From the NCBI GenBank assembly GCA_963836205.1, contig CAWIIV010000023.1, positions 64,001-128,000 of the forward strand: DNA of 64,000 bases, written 5' to 3'. Shown in pieces: positions 29,058 to 39,436 of this stretch. Position 1 is the stretch's first letter, and each line of letters begins with the position of its first letter. The DNA comes from an uncultured Acidimicrobiia bacterium (GTDB lineage Bacteria; Actinomycetota; Acidimicrobiia; Acidimicrobiales; AC-14). The notes beneath the pieces are model-generated. The model saw only the letters and a list, made by a program, of their open reading frames with translations. It was not told the origin of the DNA and ran no database searches. The translations under genes were made by a program, and so were the position numbers.

Positions 29058-31723
29058 ATGCGGGCCACGAAGCTCAAGGCCGATGGTGCCGGCGTGACGG
29101 GGCTCGTGGGCTACTACGCCGGTCTGGCCGAGGACCAGCTCCGACGGGATGGGCGGAGCCGGGGGCCGATCGACTACTACCTCGACCCCAACGAACCGCC
29201 GGGCCGGTGGTGGGGCGGCGGCTCCGCTGCCGTCGAGCTGTCCGGCGACGTCAGGCCCGAGCATCTGGAGGCGTTGCTCCACGGCCGCCAACCCGGCGAT
29301 GGGCGGCAGTTGGGACGGGGCTTCGGGGCCAAGTCGGCCCGGGCCTTCGACGCAACCTTCTCGGCCCCCAAGAGCGTGTCGGTGCTGTGGGCGCTGAGCC
29401 CGGATGCCTCGATACAGGCCGAGGTGCTCGCCGCCCATGACGCGGCCGTCGTCGCCGCTTTGGACTGGCTGGAGCAGCACGGGGGAGTCACCCGGCGGGG
29501 CAGAAACGGCGTCCACCAGGTCGACACCAGGGGATTGGTGGCGGCATTGTTCCGACAGCACACCAGCCGGGACGTCGACCCGCAGCTGCACACCCACGCT
29601 GTCATCTGGGCCAAGGTCCAGGACCCAACCGGCAAGTGGCTGTCGCTCGACGCCCGGTTCCTCAAACAGCAGCAGCGTCCGATCGGCTGGGTCTACGCCG
29701 CCGCCCTACGTTCGGAGCTGTCGGCCCGCCTCGGAGTGTCGTGGGGTCCGGTAAACGAGGGCCATGCCGACATCGAAGGAATCCACGCGGGGATGCTCAC
29801 ACTCTTCTCACGGCGCAACGCCGAGGTCGACGCCAAGCTGGCCGAGGCCGTTGCCGCCTGGGTCGACGACCACGACGGCGCTGAACCCGACTCCCGCACC
29901 CTCTACCACCTGGAGCGAAACGCCGTCCTTGATAGTCGGCCGGGCAAGTCCGAGCCTGTTCCGGCCGACGAACTACGACGCGAGTGGGTGGCCCGGGCCC
30001 AGGATGCCGGTTTCGAACCGCTCGCCGTCCCACGCTGCCCACTCCAACTGACCCAGGACGCGTCCTGGGATGACGAAGCAGTCATCGCCCAGGCCCTGGA
30101 CATGGTGGCCTCGTCGTCGTCGATCTGGCTGCGGGCCGACCTGGCCCGGGAGATCGCTGCACGCCTCCCTGCCGAGGCAGCCAACTCGGCCGCCGACGTC
30201 GGCGGATCGTCGACGAACTGGCCGAGCGGGCTGGCCAGCGGTGCGTCGAGCTGCACCCGCAGACGACGAAGGGTGCGGCCCGCAGGCGCGACGGCCGGCC
30301 TGTCACCGAGCACGTGGTGGAGCGCAGGCTCAGCACGGCGGCGGTGCTGGAACAGGAGGCGTGTCTCTTGCGCTGGGCCCGGGCCAATGTCGGGACTCGC
30401 CGACCATCAGCACCCGGCGACGACGCGTACGCCGTCGCCGCCCGAGACGTAGCCGGCGATCACCGCCTCGTCCTGGTAGTCGGCCCTGCCGGTGCCGGCA
30501 AGACGACGATGCTGGCGACGGCGGTCGCCGAGCTGGCGGCGCAGGGACGAGCAGTCGTCGGCCTGGCGCCGTCGGGCAGGGCCTCCGACGTACTGGGCCG
30601 GGAGACCGGCTCGACAGCCACCACTCTGGCCAAGCGGCTCCACGAATACGGCCGAGGTGACGGGCCGCAGCCCGAGTGGCGCCTGGAGCGAGGGACCACG
30701 ATCATCCTCGACGAGGCTGGGATGGCATCGACCGACGACCTCGCTCGCCTGGTCGCCCTGGCCGACCGCCATGACTGGCGACTGGTGTGCGTCGGGGACC
30801 CGGCCCAGCTTCCGGCAGTCGGCCGAGGTGGCATATTCGCCCATTGGTGCGCAGTCCTCCCCGCCCGCCACCTCGGCGAGGTGAGGCGCTTTGCGGAGCC
30901 GTGGCAGGCGGAGGCCAGCCTGCTCCTACGGGAGGGCGATCCGGCCGCCGCCGCGCTCTATGCCCAGCACGGACGGTTGCGCACCGTCCATCCCGCCCTC
31001 ATTGCCGACCGGGTCGCCCGCCAGCACGAACGGCAGGCCGCAGGAGGCGCCATCGTCGCCATCACCACCGCCTCCACGAGCACGGCCCGAGCCATCAACA
31101 TCGAGATCCAACGGCGTCGCAACCCCCGCCAGGTCGGACGGTCGGTGTTGCTGGCCGACGAGACGAGAGTCTTCGTCGGGGACCGGGCCGCCACCCGCCG
31201 CAACGATCCCGGCCTCGTCACTACCGGCGGCGGCGCCGTTCGCAACCGCCAGACGTGGACGGTTACCGCCATCGGCGACGACGGCTCGCTCGCCGTCGCC
31301 GACGCCGAGCGTGGTTCGGTGCGCCTGCCTGCGGAGTATGCCGCCCGCCACGTCGAGCTTGGATGGGCCGTCACCGGCTACGGCAACCAGGGGACAACCG
31401 TCGACCACGGCATCTGCGTGATCGAGCCGGCGAGCACCCGGGCCGGCATCTACGTGGCCATGACCCGGGGCCGGGGCCACAACGACCCTTGGCTCGTCGA
31501 CCGCACCGGCAGCGCCGACGCCGAGGCGTCCTTCGCCGCCGCCATCGCCCGGCCGCCCAACGCCGGGACCGCCCACGCCGTCCGGGACCGGCTCTACCGA
31601 GCCGCGGGCGTTTCCCCACCGGAGCCGGCCCTCCCGGCATTGACGGACGACGACCCGGCTCGACGGATGGCCGAGCACCTCAGCCGACTGCCGGCCCAGC
31701 GGCCACCGAGTCTGAGCCGATGA
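29058..31723 (+). CDS. MobF (TrwC-like) relaxase-helicase, frameshift near 30200
   Basis: GYY/DYY tyrosines, FDATFSAPKSVS, HTSRDVDPQLHTH, GPAGAGKTT, LDEAGM, VGDPAQL, YVAMTRGR. Confidence 0.92.
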
Positions 31724-31792
31724 GCGGCGCCGCGAGATCTGGCGGGGCTCAGCGGCCTAGTTGAGGTGATGACCGCCACAGGAGAACACACC

Positions 31793-32014
31793 ATGTCGAG
31801 AGCCTCGCAATCCGACCGCCTGCCGCTGATGGACCTGGCCGCCGTTGCCGAACGCCTCGGCGTCAACCAGCGCCACGTGCGGCGCCTCGTCGCCGAGCGC
31901 CGGATTCCGTTCGTCAAGTGGGGCCACCTACTCCGGTTCGATCCCGCGGAGATCGAGGAGTGGCTGGACGGGGCCCGGGTCGGGTCCGGGGCCGGATTGG
32001 GTCAGCCCGCGTAG
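31793..32014 (+). CDS. Excisionase-like HTH protein
   Basis: VAERLGVNQRHVRRLVAERRIPFVKWGHLLRFDP; AGGAG RBS. Confidence 0.85.
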   Translation: MSRASQSDRLPLMDLAAVAERLGVNQRHVRRLVAERRIPFVKWGHLLRFDPAEIEEWLDGARVGSGAGLGQPA

Positions 32015-32216
32015 AGCGCGGGGCGGTACCGAGGATCCGGCACCTCTCGACCCGCTCCTGAGCCGCTTCGATCCAAGCCGCCTTGGCAAGCGTCACCTCG
32101 GCCATGGCCTGCTCGGCTGACTCACCGAACGCAGAGCAGCCGTCGAGGTCCGGGATGTCGGCGATGTAGCCCGCGTCCTCGTCGCTCCAGAAGACGTTGA
32201 TGTGGTGATCGCTGAT
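32002..32216 (-). pseudogene. HicB-family antitoxin (ATC in place of start codon, one frameshift, no hicA)
   Basis: HINVFWSDEDAGYIADIPDLDGCSAFGESAEQAMAEV..AWIE..(frameshift) GREVPDPRYRP. Confidence 0.75.
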
Positions 32217-32228
32217 GGCTCTGCGGGC

Positions 32229-32507
32229 CTACGTGAGCGTCGGAAGCCGACGGGTGCGGAACTCTTCGTGCCTGTCAGGCCGACCCGGCAAGATCCGAAG
32301 GCGGAGGGTGCCGTCCACTTCCCGGCTTACCACCAGCGCCAGAGCCGGAGGGACCTCGTCGTCGCCGACCACGAGGTAGTCACCGGGATGGGGGTCGAGC
32401 GGCAAGCGGGCATGACGCAGGGTCCCGGTGACGATGTCGGGTTCGTATTCCTGGTGGTCGTCCACCCAGAGCTCGACGGTCGGCTGCGCTTCTCCCACGT
32501 GCTCCAT
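32229..32507 (-). CDS. Hypothetical protein
   Basis: AGGAG upstream; 92-aa ORF starting MEHVGEAQ. Confidence 0.55.
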   Translation of the reverse strand: MEHVGEAQPTVELWVDDHQEYEPDIVTGTLRHARLPLDPHPGDYLVVGDDEVPPALALVVSREVDGTLRLRILPGRPDRHEEFRTRRLPTLT

Positions 32508-32581
32508 GGTAAATCCCCGACTCCTCTGGCTCACCCATCACCCCGGCACCCGGGCACGCCGGCATTCACCAGCCTGCTGAG

Positions 32582-32953
32582 TCATGGGCCGATCGGCAGC
32601 TGCCGGATCGCCAGCCTGGTCGGGCTCAGCGAGACGACGACACCACGCGTCAGATCGTCGAGGATCGCCGGCAGGTTGGCGAGAAGGAGCCGCCCGTGCT
32701 CATCAGGGGACAGCTCCGAGACCCGGCGCAGGAGGATCACCGAAGGAGACGATGCGCGCCTCAGCGCCAGCAGCATTGAGAAGTCGGTGTCGGCGGTGAC
32801 AACCACGTATCCGTCATCGACCGCACGATCGAAGATCACCGAGTCCGGAGCGGTGAGCAGGTCGAGGTCGGCCACATGGGTGACGTCGTAGCCGGCAGCT
32901 GTGAGTGAAACTGCAAGCCGGGGGGACAGGTTGGCGTCGAGCAGGAGCCTCAC
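32582..32953 (-). CDS. DUF5615 PIN-like toxin (VapC45-like)
   Basis: LLLDANLS, APDSVIF, VTADTDF. Confidence 0.88.
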   Translation of the reverse strand: MRLLLDANLSPRLAVSLTAAGYDVTHVADLDLLTAPDSVIFDRAVDDGYVVVTADTDFSMLLALRRASSPSVILLRRVSELSPDEHGRLLLANLPAILDDLTRGVVVSLSPTRLAIRQLPIGP

Positions 32954-33180
32954 GCAGGCCGGGCGACGGGCGCCTCACGCTCGTTGACGACGGCTGCGGC
33001 GAACTCCAGCGCGGCGAGGACGTCGGCGCGCTCGAGGTAGGGGTAGTCCTCGAGGACCTGCTCGGTTGTGCGGCCGCCGGCGAGCTGGCCGAGGACCATG
33101 CTCACCGTCACGCGCAGGCCCCTGATGCAGGGCACCCCCCCCATGCGATCGGGGTCGACGGTGATGCGTTCAAAGGCCAT
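32950..33180 (-). CDS. DUF433 antitoxin
   Basis: RITVDPDRMGGVPCIRGLRVTV..DYPYLERADV. Confidence 0.9.
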   Translation of the reverse strand: MAFERITVDPDRMGGVPCIRGLRVTVSMVLGQLAGGRTTEQVLEDYPYLERADVLAALEFAAAVVNEREAPVARPA

Positions 33181-33305
33181 CGGATCAATAGTAGGCGGGT
33201 AGTCCCCCCTCACGGCCCCTGGCCAAAGGAGGGCGGGGGGCGGATCGACAACCTGTCGCCCAACCTTCGCGTGAGCGACTTCCCAGGCTGCTGTCGTTGC
33301 GCACG

Positions 33306-34457
33306 TCAGCGAAACAGGGCGGCGCCGATCTTGTCGGCCGCCTCCCGCTGCATCGTCGGCGTTACGTGGCTGTAGAGGTTGGTGAACAGGGTGGCGTCGG
33401 CGTGGCCGAGGCGCTCGGCGGCGACCTTGGGCGGGACGCCGTTGGCGAGCATCAGGGTGGCGCTCGTGTGGCGGAGGCCATGGGCGGTGAGCCGGGGCAG
33501 GCCAGCCGCGACCGACTCCACCGCGAGCAGCCTCGACAACGTCTGCGGGTGGTACGGCCCGCCCGCCACCCGGGTGAACACGTGGTCGGTCTCGATGTAG
33601 TCGGCCGCGGCCAGGCGCTCCTCGGCCTGGCGCTTGCGTTGGTCACGGAGGATCCGGACCAACCCGTCGTCGAGGTCGACCGAGCGGACGGCGTCGCGGC
33701 TCTTGCCGGACGAGACGACGACCTCGTAGCCGATGGTGGACGAGAACTCGACGACGCGCACCAGGCGGCCGTCGAGGTCGACGTTCGGCCACCGCAGCGC
33801 GACCAGCTCCCCGATCCGCAGACCGGCGCTCATCAGGAACGCCCAGATCGGGAACGTCCGGTCGGTCTCCATGAAGCCGAGGAACGTCCGCGCCTCCTCC
33901 GGGCTCCAGTGCCTGGGGATCGACCGTGCACGGGTCGGCCGGGGCGTCGAGACCAGCGGGTTCACCACCATCAGCCCGTTCTTCACCGCCATCTTGAAGG
34001 CGCCGGCCAGCGGCGCTCGGGCGAGGCGGATCGTGTTGGGTGCCAACGGCTTGCCGTTCTTCGAGCCGCCGGCCTTGGCCAGCCGGCGCTGCCATTCGAG
34101 GATCGTCTCTGGCGTCACGTCCCGCAGGCGCCGCCCGCCCAGCAGCGGCCGGACGTACACCTCGGCGTTCTTGCGGTAGTCGAAGCGGGTCTTCACCGAC
34201 AGCCGCCCGTCGGCGTCGAGGCCCTCCAGGTACAGGTCGAGCAGACCATTGACCGTCATCGCCGACGACGACGGGCGGGCGACCGTCCCCACCCCGGCGA
34301 GCAGCTCCTTGCGGGCCCGGCCGGCGTCACCCGCCGTCCGGAACCCTCGCTTGGTGACCTGCGACCGCCGGCCTGTCAGCGGGTCGCGGCCGAGCGTCGC
34401 CTTGAAGTACCAACCACCTTTTCCGTCGGCGTACACGCCCTCGGGTCGCACTGGCAA
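33306..34457 (-). CDS. Tyrosine recombinase/integrase
   Basis: GLRIGELVAL, HGLRHT, RLGHA, LYSH; adjacent to the tRNA. Confidence 0.95.
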   Translation of the reverse strand: MPVRPEGVYADGKGGWYFKATLGRDPLTGRRSQVTKRGFRTAGDAGRARKELLAGVGTVARPSSSAMTVNGLLDLYLEGLDADGRLSVKTRFDYRKNAEVYVRPLLGGRRLRDVTPETILEWQRRLAKAGGSKNGKPLAPNTIRLARAPLAGAFKMAVKNGLMVVNPLVSTPRPTRARSIPRHWSPEEARTFLGFMETDRTFPIWAFLMSAGLRIGELVALRWPNVDLDGRLVRVVEFSSTIGYEVVVSSGKSRDAVRSVDLDDGLVRILRDQRKRQAEERLAAADYIETDHVFTRVAGGPYHPQTLSRLLAVESVAAGLPRLTAHGLRHTSATLMLANGVPPKVAAERLGHADATLFTNLYSHVTPTMQREAADKIGAALFR

Positions 34458-34596
34458 GGGCCAGACCCCCTTGTGAGAACCACCGTGAGAACCGCCCTAC
34501 GAGCCAGGCAGCGAGGCTTTGGTTCTCAAAATGTTCTCACGGCACGCTCGCCGGGAACAATCCACAGGCCCGAAAACGCTGTGACCTGGACTTTTG

Positions 34597-34672
34597 TGGT
34601 GCGCCCGGAGAGATTCGAACTCCCAACCTTCTGATCCGTAGTCAGATGCTCTATCCGTTGAGCTACGAGCGC
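34597..34672 (-). tRNA. tRNA-Arg(ACG)
   Basis: GCGCTCGTAGCTCAACGGATAGAGCATCTGACTACGGATCAGAAGGTTGGGAGTTCGAATCTCTCCGGGCGCACCA folds as a cloverleaf. Confidence 0.97.
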
Positions 34673-34843
34673 AGGCGTGCTGGGACAGCTTACCCCCTGC
34701 CTCCTGGGCGGCGGCCGGGTCGGCGTACGCTGGCGGGCGGTGCGCTACCGGCCGCCCGATTCACAACCGACGCACAGCTGGCGCCAAGGTTGCTCAGAGC
34801 GGGCTCGGGTCTGCTGGAGTAGACGACGCCAGGAGAGCACACC

Positions 34844-36106
34844 GTGACCGACGACCGCTACCCCAGTCCCTGGGCTCGCTCCGAGCCGGGTGACGACGAC
34901 GACGTGACGTGGGCGCCGCCCGCCCCGTCACCCACCGGCGCGTCCGGCGGGACCGGCCCCTTTGCCGACCCGCCCGAGCCACCGGAGCCGATGACCGCCA
35001 CCGGGTGGTCCCGGCGGAGCATGGCCGCGATCATCCTCATCGGCTTCTTCGCCTCGTTCTTCGCCGCCCGCCTCCTCGGCGGACCCGATGGGCTCCTCCA
35101 GACCGATCCCGGACGGACCCCGAACGCCCAGTTCATCCCCGCCGGCCCGTCGGCGGGCAGCGTCGACCCACCCACCCCCGAGGCGGCGGCGGTGGCCGAC
35201 AAGGTCCGGCCCGGCGTCGTCGACCTCAACACCGAGCTCGCCTTCCAGCACGCCACCGCCGCCGGCACGGGCATGGTGCTCACCGCCAACGGCCAGGTCC
35301 TCACCAACAACCACGTCATCGAGGGGGCGACCAAGATCACGGCCACCGTGGTCGACACCGGGAAGACCTACACCGCCACCGTCGTCGGCACCAACGCCAC
35401 CGACGACATCGCCGTGCTCCAGCTCAAGGGGGCGTCGGGCCTGGCCACCGTTCCCATCGGCGACTCCTCGACCGTGCAGGTGGGCGACGAGGTCGTCTCC
35501 CTGGGCAACGCCGGAGGCCTCGGGGGCACGCCAAGCGTCAAGACGGGCACGGTCCGGGCCGTCGGCCAGACGGTGACCATCGGCGACGTCGCCGCCGGCG
35601 GGTACCACCGACTCGAGAACATGATCATGACGACGACCCCGTTGGAGTCGGGCGACTCGGGCGGGCCCCTGGCCGATGCCGACGGGCAGGTGATCGGCAT
35701 CGACACCGCGGCCACGGTCGACACCCGCTTCCGGTCGGGCCCGGGCCTGGGCTTCGCCATCCCCATCAGCGACGCTATGGCCGTCGTCCGCCAGATCGAG
35801 TCCGGCCAGGCGAGCGAGACGGTGCACATCGGCCCGACCGCCTTCCTGGGCGTCTCGCTGGCGTCGGGCAACGGGCCGGGGGTGGTCGTCGCCGACGTGG
35901 AGTCGGGCTCCCCCGCCGACTCGGCCGGGTTGGAAGATGGCGACGTGATCACGGCCGCGGCGGGGAAGACGGTGGACTCGGCCGAGGCCCTGTCGAGAGT
36001 GATCCGGTCGCACCGCCCGGGCGACACCGTCGGCCTGCGGTGGACCGACCCGTCGGGCGAGAGCCACTCGACCACGGTGAAGCTGGGCACCGGCCCCGCC
36101 GGCTGA
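34844..36106 (+). CDS. HtrA/S1C serine protease with PDZ domain
   Basis: TM helix, LTNNHVI, DIAVL, GDSGGPL, GLGFAIP, C-terminal PDZ. Confidence 0.92.
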   Translation: MTDDRYPSPWARSEPGDDDDVTWAPPAPSPTGASGGTGPFADPPEPPEPMTATGWSRRSMAAIILIGFFASFFAARLLGGPDGLLQTDPGRTPNAQFIPAGPSAGSVDPPTPEAAAVADKVRPGVVDLNTELAFQHATAAGTGMVLTANGQVLTNNHVIEGATKITATVVDTGKTYTATVVGTNATDDIAVLQLKGASGLATVPIGDSSTVQVGDEVVSLGNAGGLGGTPSVKTGTVRAVGQTVTIGDVAAGGYHRLENMIMTTTPLESGDSGGPLADADGQVIGIDTAATVDTRFRSGPGLGFAIPISDAMAVVRQIESGQASETVHIGPTAFLGVSLASGNGPGVVVADVESGSPADSAGLEDGDVITAAAGKTVDSAEALSRVIRSHRPGDTVGLRWTDPSGESHSTTVKLGTGPAG

Positions 36107-36165
36107 GCGCCCCGTCCGGACTCGGGCTGCTCGGCCTCGGTGATCTCGGTCCACGACCGGCTGGC

Positions 36166-36840
36166 TCAGGGCCCAGCCGCCCGGGCCGCCTCGACGAAGG
36201 CCCGCACGAGCGCCTCGTCCTTGCTCCCGTCCCGTTCCACGCCGGAGTTGACGTTCACCGCCCACGGGCGGACCGTCTCGACGGCGGACGTCACGTTGGT
36301 GGGGTTGAGGCCCCCCGCCAAGACCAGCGGGAGCGGCTGCGGCGGGCCAGGCCCGCGCTCACATCCCAGTCGTGGACCAGGCCGGTGCCGCCGTTACGGT
36401 CCTGGGCCGGGTCGACGCTGTCGGCCACGAACGCGTCCACGAGCGTCACCCAGGGGGACGGGTCGTCCACCCGCCCGTCGCGCACGTGCAGGGCTTTTGA
36501 CCAGGCGGAATCCGGGGGTTGCGGCCGCGCAGGCGGGAGAGGACTTCGACGTCGACGTCGTCGTGCACCTGGAGCGTGTCGACGGGAAGTCGTCCGGATT
36601 CTCGCCAGGGTCGGCGTCGTCGACCGCGTGGGTGACCGCGTAGCGCCCGACGTGGGGCGGGACGAGGGCGAGCAGCCGGCGGGCGTGGTCGAGGGTGACC
36701 GAGTCGTCGGCCCGATGACGGATGAGGACCAGCACGCCGACCGCGTCGGCGCCCCCCGCCACCACCGCCTCCACGTCGGCCTCGGACCGGACCGCACAGA
36801 CCGAGACGCGCACGCGGCGGATCGGCCCCGGAGGCACGCG
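36166..36840 (-). pseudogene. trpF: Phosphoribosylanthranilate isomerase-like, multiple frameshifts
   Basis: [35 protein letters not shown] in different frames. Confidence 0.75.
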
Positions 36841-37016
36841 GGCGACGCTACTGCGGGGCAGGTGTCCGTTTCGGGGGACCTCCACCAGGCTTCAAGCCGG
36901 GGGACGGCACCCTCGACGGCCGCCAGTCCGGCGGCGCACCATCTCGACATCGAGACGGGAACCGCAGGCGGTACCTCAGCGTCCTGGCCGCGGGCACGAC
37001 AGGGAGGTAGACGGCG

Positions 37017-37748
37017 ATGAGAAGGACCGCACGATTGGCGGTTGCCGGCCTCGTGGTCGGCGTCATGGCCCTGGTCACCGCGCCGGGCGCGCTGGCGTCC
37101 CCGCCGGGGAACGACAACTGGTGTCGTTCACCATCGACACGCCGGGCACCCCGACCGCCGGATTCATCGCCGTCCCGTTCGACCCCTCCACCATCGACAC
37201 GGTGCAGTTCCTCGACATGTCCTTCGACTCGGCCTTCATCGGCTTCGGACCGGCCCAGTGGGACCTCGGCGACGGCACCACCGCCACCGGGTGCTGCCTC
37301 AACCACCGCTACGCGGCCGACGGCGACTACACGGTGGTCCTGACCGCCACCACGCTCGACGGCCGGACGGCGACCACATCGCAAACCCTGTCGGTGCGGA
37401 CGCACGACGGGTCGATCGAGCGCATCCAGGCGCCGAGCACGGCCCGGGTCGCTAAGCGAAGGAAGTGCGGGTGAAGGTGCGGGCGGCCGGTACGCCGAGA
37501 CGGTGCAGGTCGACCTGTTCAAAAGCGTGGCCGGCGGGTTCGAGCAGATCGTCGGCAGCCGGACCCTGGCGGTGCCGGCGGCCCACGGCGGGCGCACGAC
37601 CGACTTCGGCATCACCTACACGTTCACCGCCGACGACGCCGCCACCGGGAAGGTGACCTTCCGGGCGGTGGCCACCATCGTGGGCGTACGCGACGTGCTG
37701 CCGGCCGACAACCAGGCCATCGCGCCGCCGACCAGCGTGAAGCGCTGA
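37017..37748 (+). pseudogene. Secreted PKD-domain protein, fragmented
   Basis: Signal peptide then PPGNDN; WDLGDGTT..HRYAADGDYTVVLT; three frames. Confidence 0.65.
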
Positions 37749-37757
37749 CGCCTCGGG

Positions 37758-37850
37758 TGGCGGAGAGGGGGGGATTCGAACCCCCGAGGAGCCTTATCAG
37801 CCCCTAATCGCTTAGCAGGCGACCCCCTTCGGCCACTCGGGCACCTCTCC
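37758..37850 (-). tRNA. tRNA-Ser(GCT)
   Basis: GGAGAGGTGCCCGAGTGG..GTCGC-CTGCTAA-GCGAT, long variable arm, GGTTCGAATCC, CCA end. Confidence 0.95.
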
Positions 37851-37893
37851 GGGGACTACGAGTCTCGCACGCCGGCAGGAGTGCGTGCGCCGG

Positions 37894-38331
37894 TCATACG
37901 TCGACCAGGAGGGTGACGGGGCCGTCGTTGACCAGCTCCACCAGCATGTGGGCACCGAAGCGGCCGGTTGCGACGGCGGCGCCCAGGCGGCGCAGCTCGG
38001 CGACGACCTCGTCGACCAGGGGCTCGGCCACCGGGCCCGGGGCGGCCGCCACCCACGACGGCCGCCGGCCCCGGCTGGTATCGCCGTAGAGGGTGAACTG
38101 GCTGACGACGAGGACGGCGCCGGTGGTGTCGGCCACCGACCGGTTCATCACCCCCTCGTCGTCGGCGAAGACCCGGAGGTGCCAGAGCTTCTTGGCCAGG
38201 ACGTCGGCGGTGGCGACGGTGTCGTCGTGGGTCACACCGAGGAGCACGCACAGGCCGGGTCCGATCTCGCCCACGACGGCACCGTCGACCCGGACCCGTG
38301 CCTCAAGGACCCGTTGGACGACGGCCCTCAC
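37894..38331 (-). CDS. dtd: D-aminoacyl-tRNA deacylase
   Basis: MRAVVQRV, VSQFTL, GRRPS, NDGPVT. Confidence 0.95.
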   Translation of the reverse strand: MRAVVQRVLEARVRVDGAVVGEIGPGLCVLLGVTHDDTVATADVLAKKLWHLRVFADDEGVMNRSVADTTGAVLVVSQFTLYGDTSRGRRPSWVAAAPGPVAEPLVDEVVAELRRLGAAVATGRFGAHMLVELVNDGPVTLLVDV

Positions 38332-38665
38332 CGGCCGCGACCCGTCCGCCAGGCGGCGCCCGCGCCCGCCGCGCCGCCGAGGAACCCGCCGCAGACGGCG
38401 ACGATCGCCACGGCCGCCAGGACCCGCCCCGGCGATCGGCCGGCGGCGTCGGCCACGAGGACGGCGCCGGGCGCGATCACGAGGAGGAGCCCGGTGCGGA
38501 ACGGGCGCCGGGCAGGAGGGCGCCGAGGACGACGGCCGCCACCAGCTCGCCGGTGCCGACGGGGAGGAGGTAGTTGCCGAGGGCGTGCGGCACCAGGGTC
38601 AGGCCGGAGCCCACGGCCAAGGGGGCGGTCCAGTCGACCGGTCGGGTGGTGTCGCTCGTGGGCGA
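38328..38665 (-). CDS. Small membrane protein, probable frameshift
   Basis: Hydrophobic segments in two frames, coupled to dtd; start unclear. Confidence 0.35.
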
Positions 38666-38857
38666 CAGCGTGCCATGTCGGGGCCACCCGGCTCGCGGAC
38701 GACGGTCAGAGTGAGAGGATTGTGACTGAGCTTGGGTCGGCGATGCCGGGTGGCGACATGGACGAACCTACCGATGCTCGCTCACCACCGGGTTTCCGGG
38801 CGGTGCAGGTCGGGTTACGGAAATCCGCCCCCTTGATGAACTCCAGTGGCGCCCGGT

Positions 38858-39271
38858 TCAGAATTGCGACCGGAGGTCGCGTAACCGGTCGATGATGTCC
38901 TCGAACCGGTCACCGAATTGCTCGAGCTGGTCGATGATGTCGTCGATCAGTTGGTCGATGCTCGGACCCCCGCTGCTGGTCGGCGGCGAGGTTGGAGGCG
39001 GCATGGTGGGGGGCGGGGTCGTCGTCGGGGGCGGCATCGTCGGTGGCGGGGTCGTGGTGGGCGGCGACATGGTGGGCGGCGGCGAGGTCGACGAAGGGAA
39101 CGGCGGCAGCGTGGGCGGCGGCAGCGTGGGCGGCGGCGGGATGGTGAACGTCGGGAAGGTGAAGGGCGGGAGCGTCGGAATCGGCGGAATCTGGGCCGAG
39201 CTCGACGGGAGCATCAGCATTCCCCCGGTCACCACCAGGAGGGACCCGATCGCCACCCGCCAGCCTCGCAT
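38858..39271 (-). CDS. Secreted Pro/Thr-rich protein
   Basis: GGAGG RBS, signal peptide, PPPT repeats, acidic amphipathic C-terminal helix. Confidence 0.7.
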   Translation of the reverse strand: MRGWRVAIGSLLVVTGGMLMLPSSSAQIPPIPTLPPFTFPTFTIPPPPTLPPPTLPPFPSSTSPPPTMSPPTTTPPPTMPPPTTTPPPTMPPPTSPPTSSGGPSIDQLIDDIIDQLEQFGDRFEDIIDRLRDLRSQF

Positions 39272-39341
39272 CGCCGACCTCCTTGTCTCGGCCGGCAGAC
39301 TAGCGAGGCGGCGTGGCCGCTGTCGAGGGTTGCGAGTGGAG

Positions 39342-39424
39342 CGGAGGGAGTGGGATTTGAACCCACGGGACTCTCGTCCAAGGCTGTTCAAGAGCCTCGC
39401 ATTCGGCCGCTCTGCCATCCCTCC
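39342..39424 (-). tRNA. tRNA-Ser(TGA)
   Basis: GGAGGGATGGCAGAGCGG..AGGCT-CTTGAAC-AGCCT, variable arm, GGTTCAAATCC; CCA not directly encoded. Confidence 0.9.
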
Positions 39425-39436
39425 GGAGGCCCGAGA

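Larger units (their letters stand above)
23009..34642. mobile_element. Integrative mobilizable element in tRNA-Arg(ACG)
   Basis: 46-bp direct repeat of the tRNA 3' half (23009-23030 plus 24462-24485 versus 34597-34642); integrase, Xis, MobF relaxase; no T4SS genes; lower-GC cargo. Confidence 0.9.

Noticed and set aside
39342-39424. Selenocysteine or suppressor tRNA
   Set aside because: The anticodon reads TGA on the tRNA strand (decodes UCA, Ser), with a normal 7-bp acceptor stem
37758-39424. Integrated elements at the two tRNA-Ser genes
   Set aside because: No duplicated 3' ends or integrase seen, although decayed genes lie next to tRNA-Ser(GCT)
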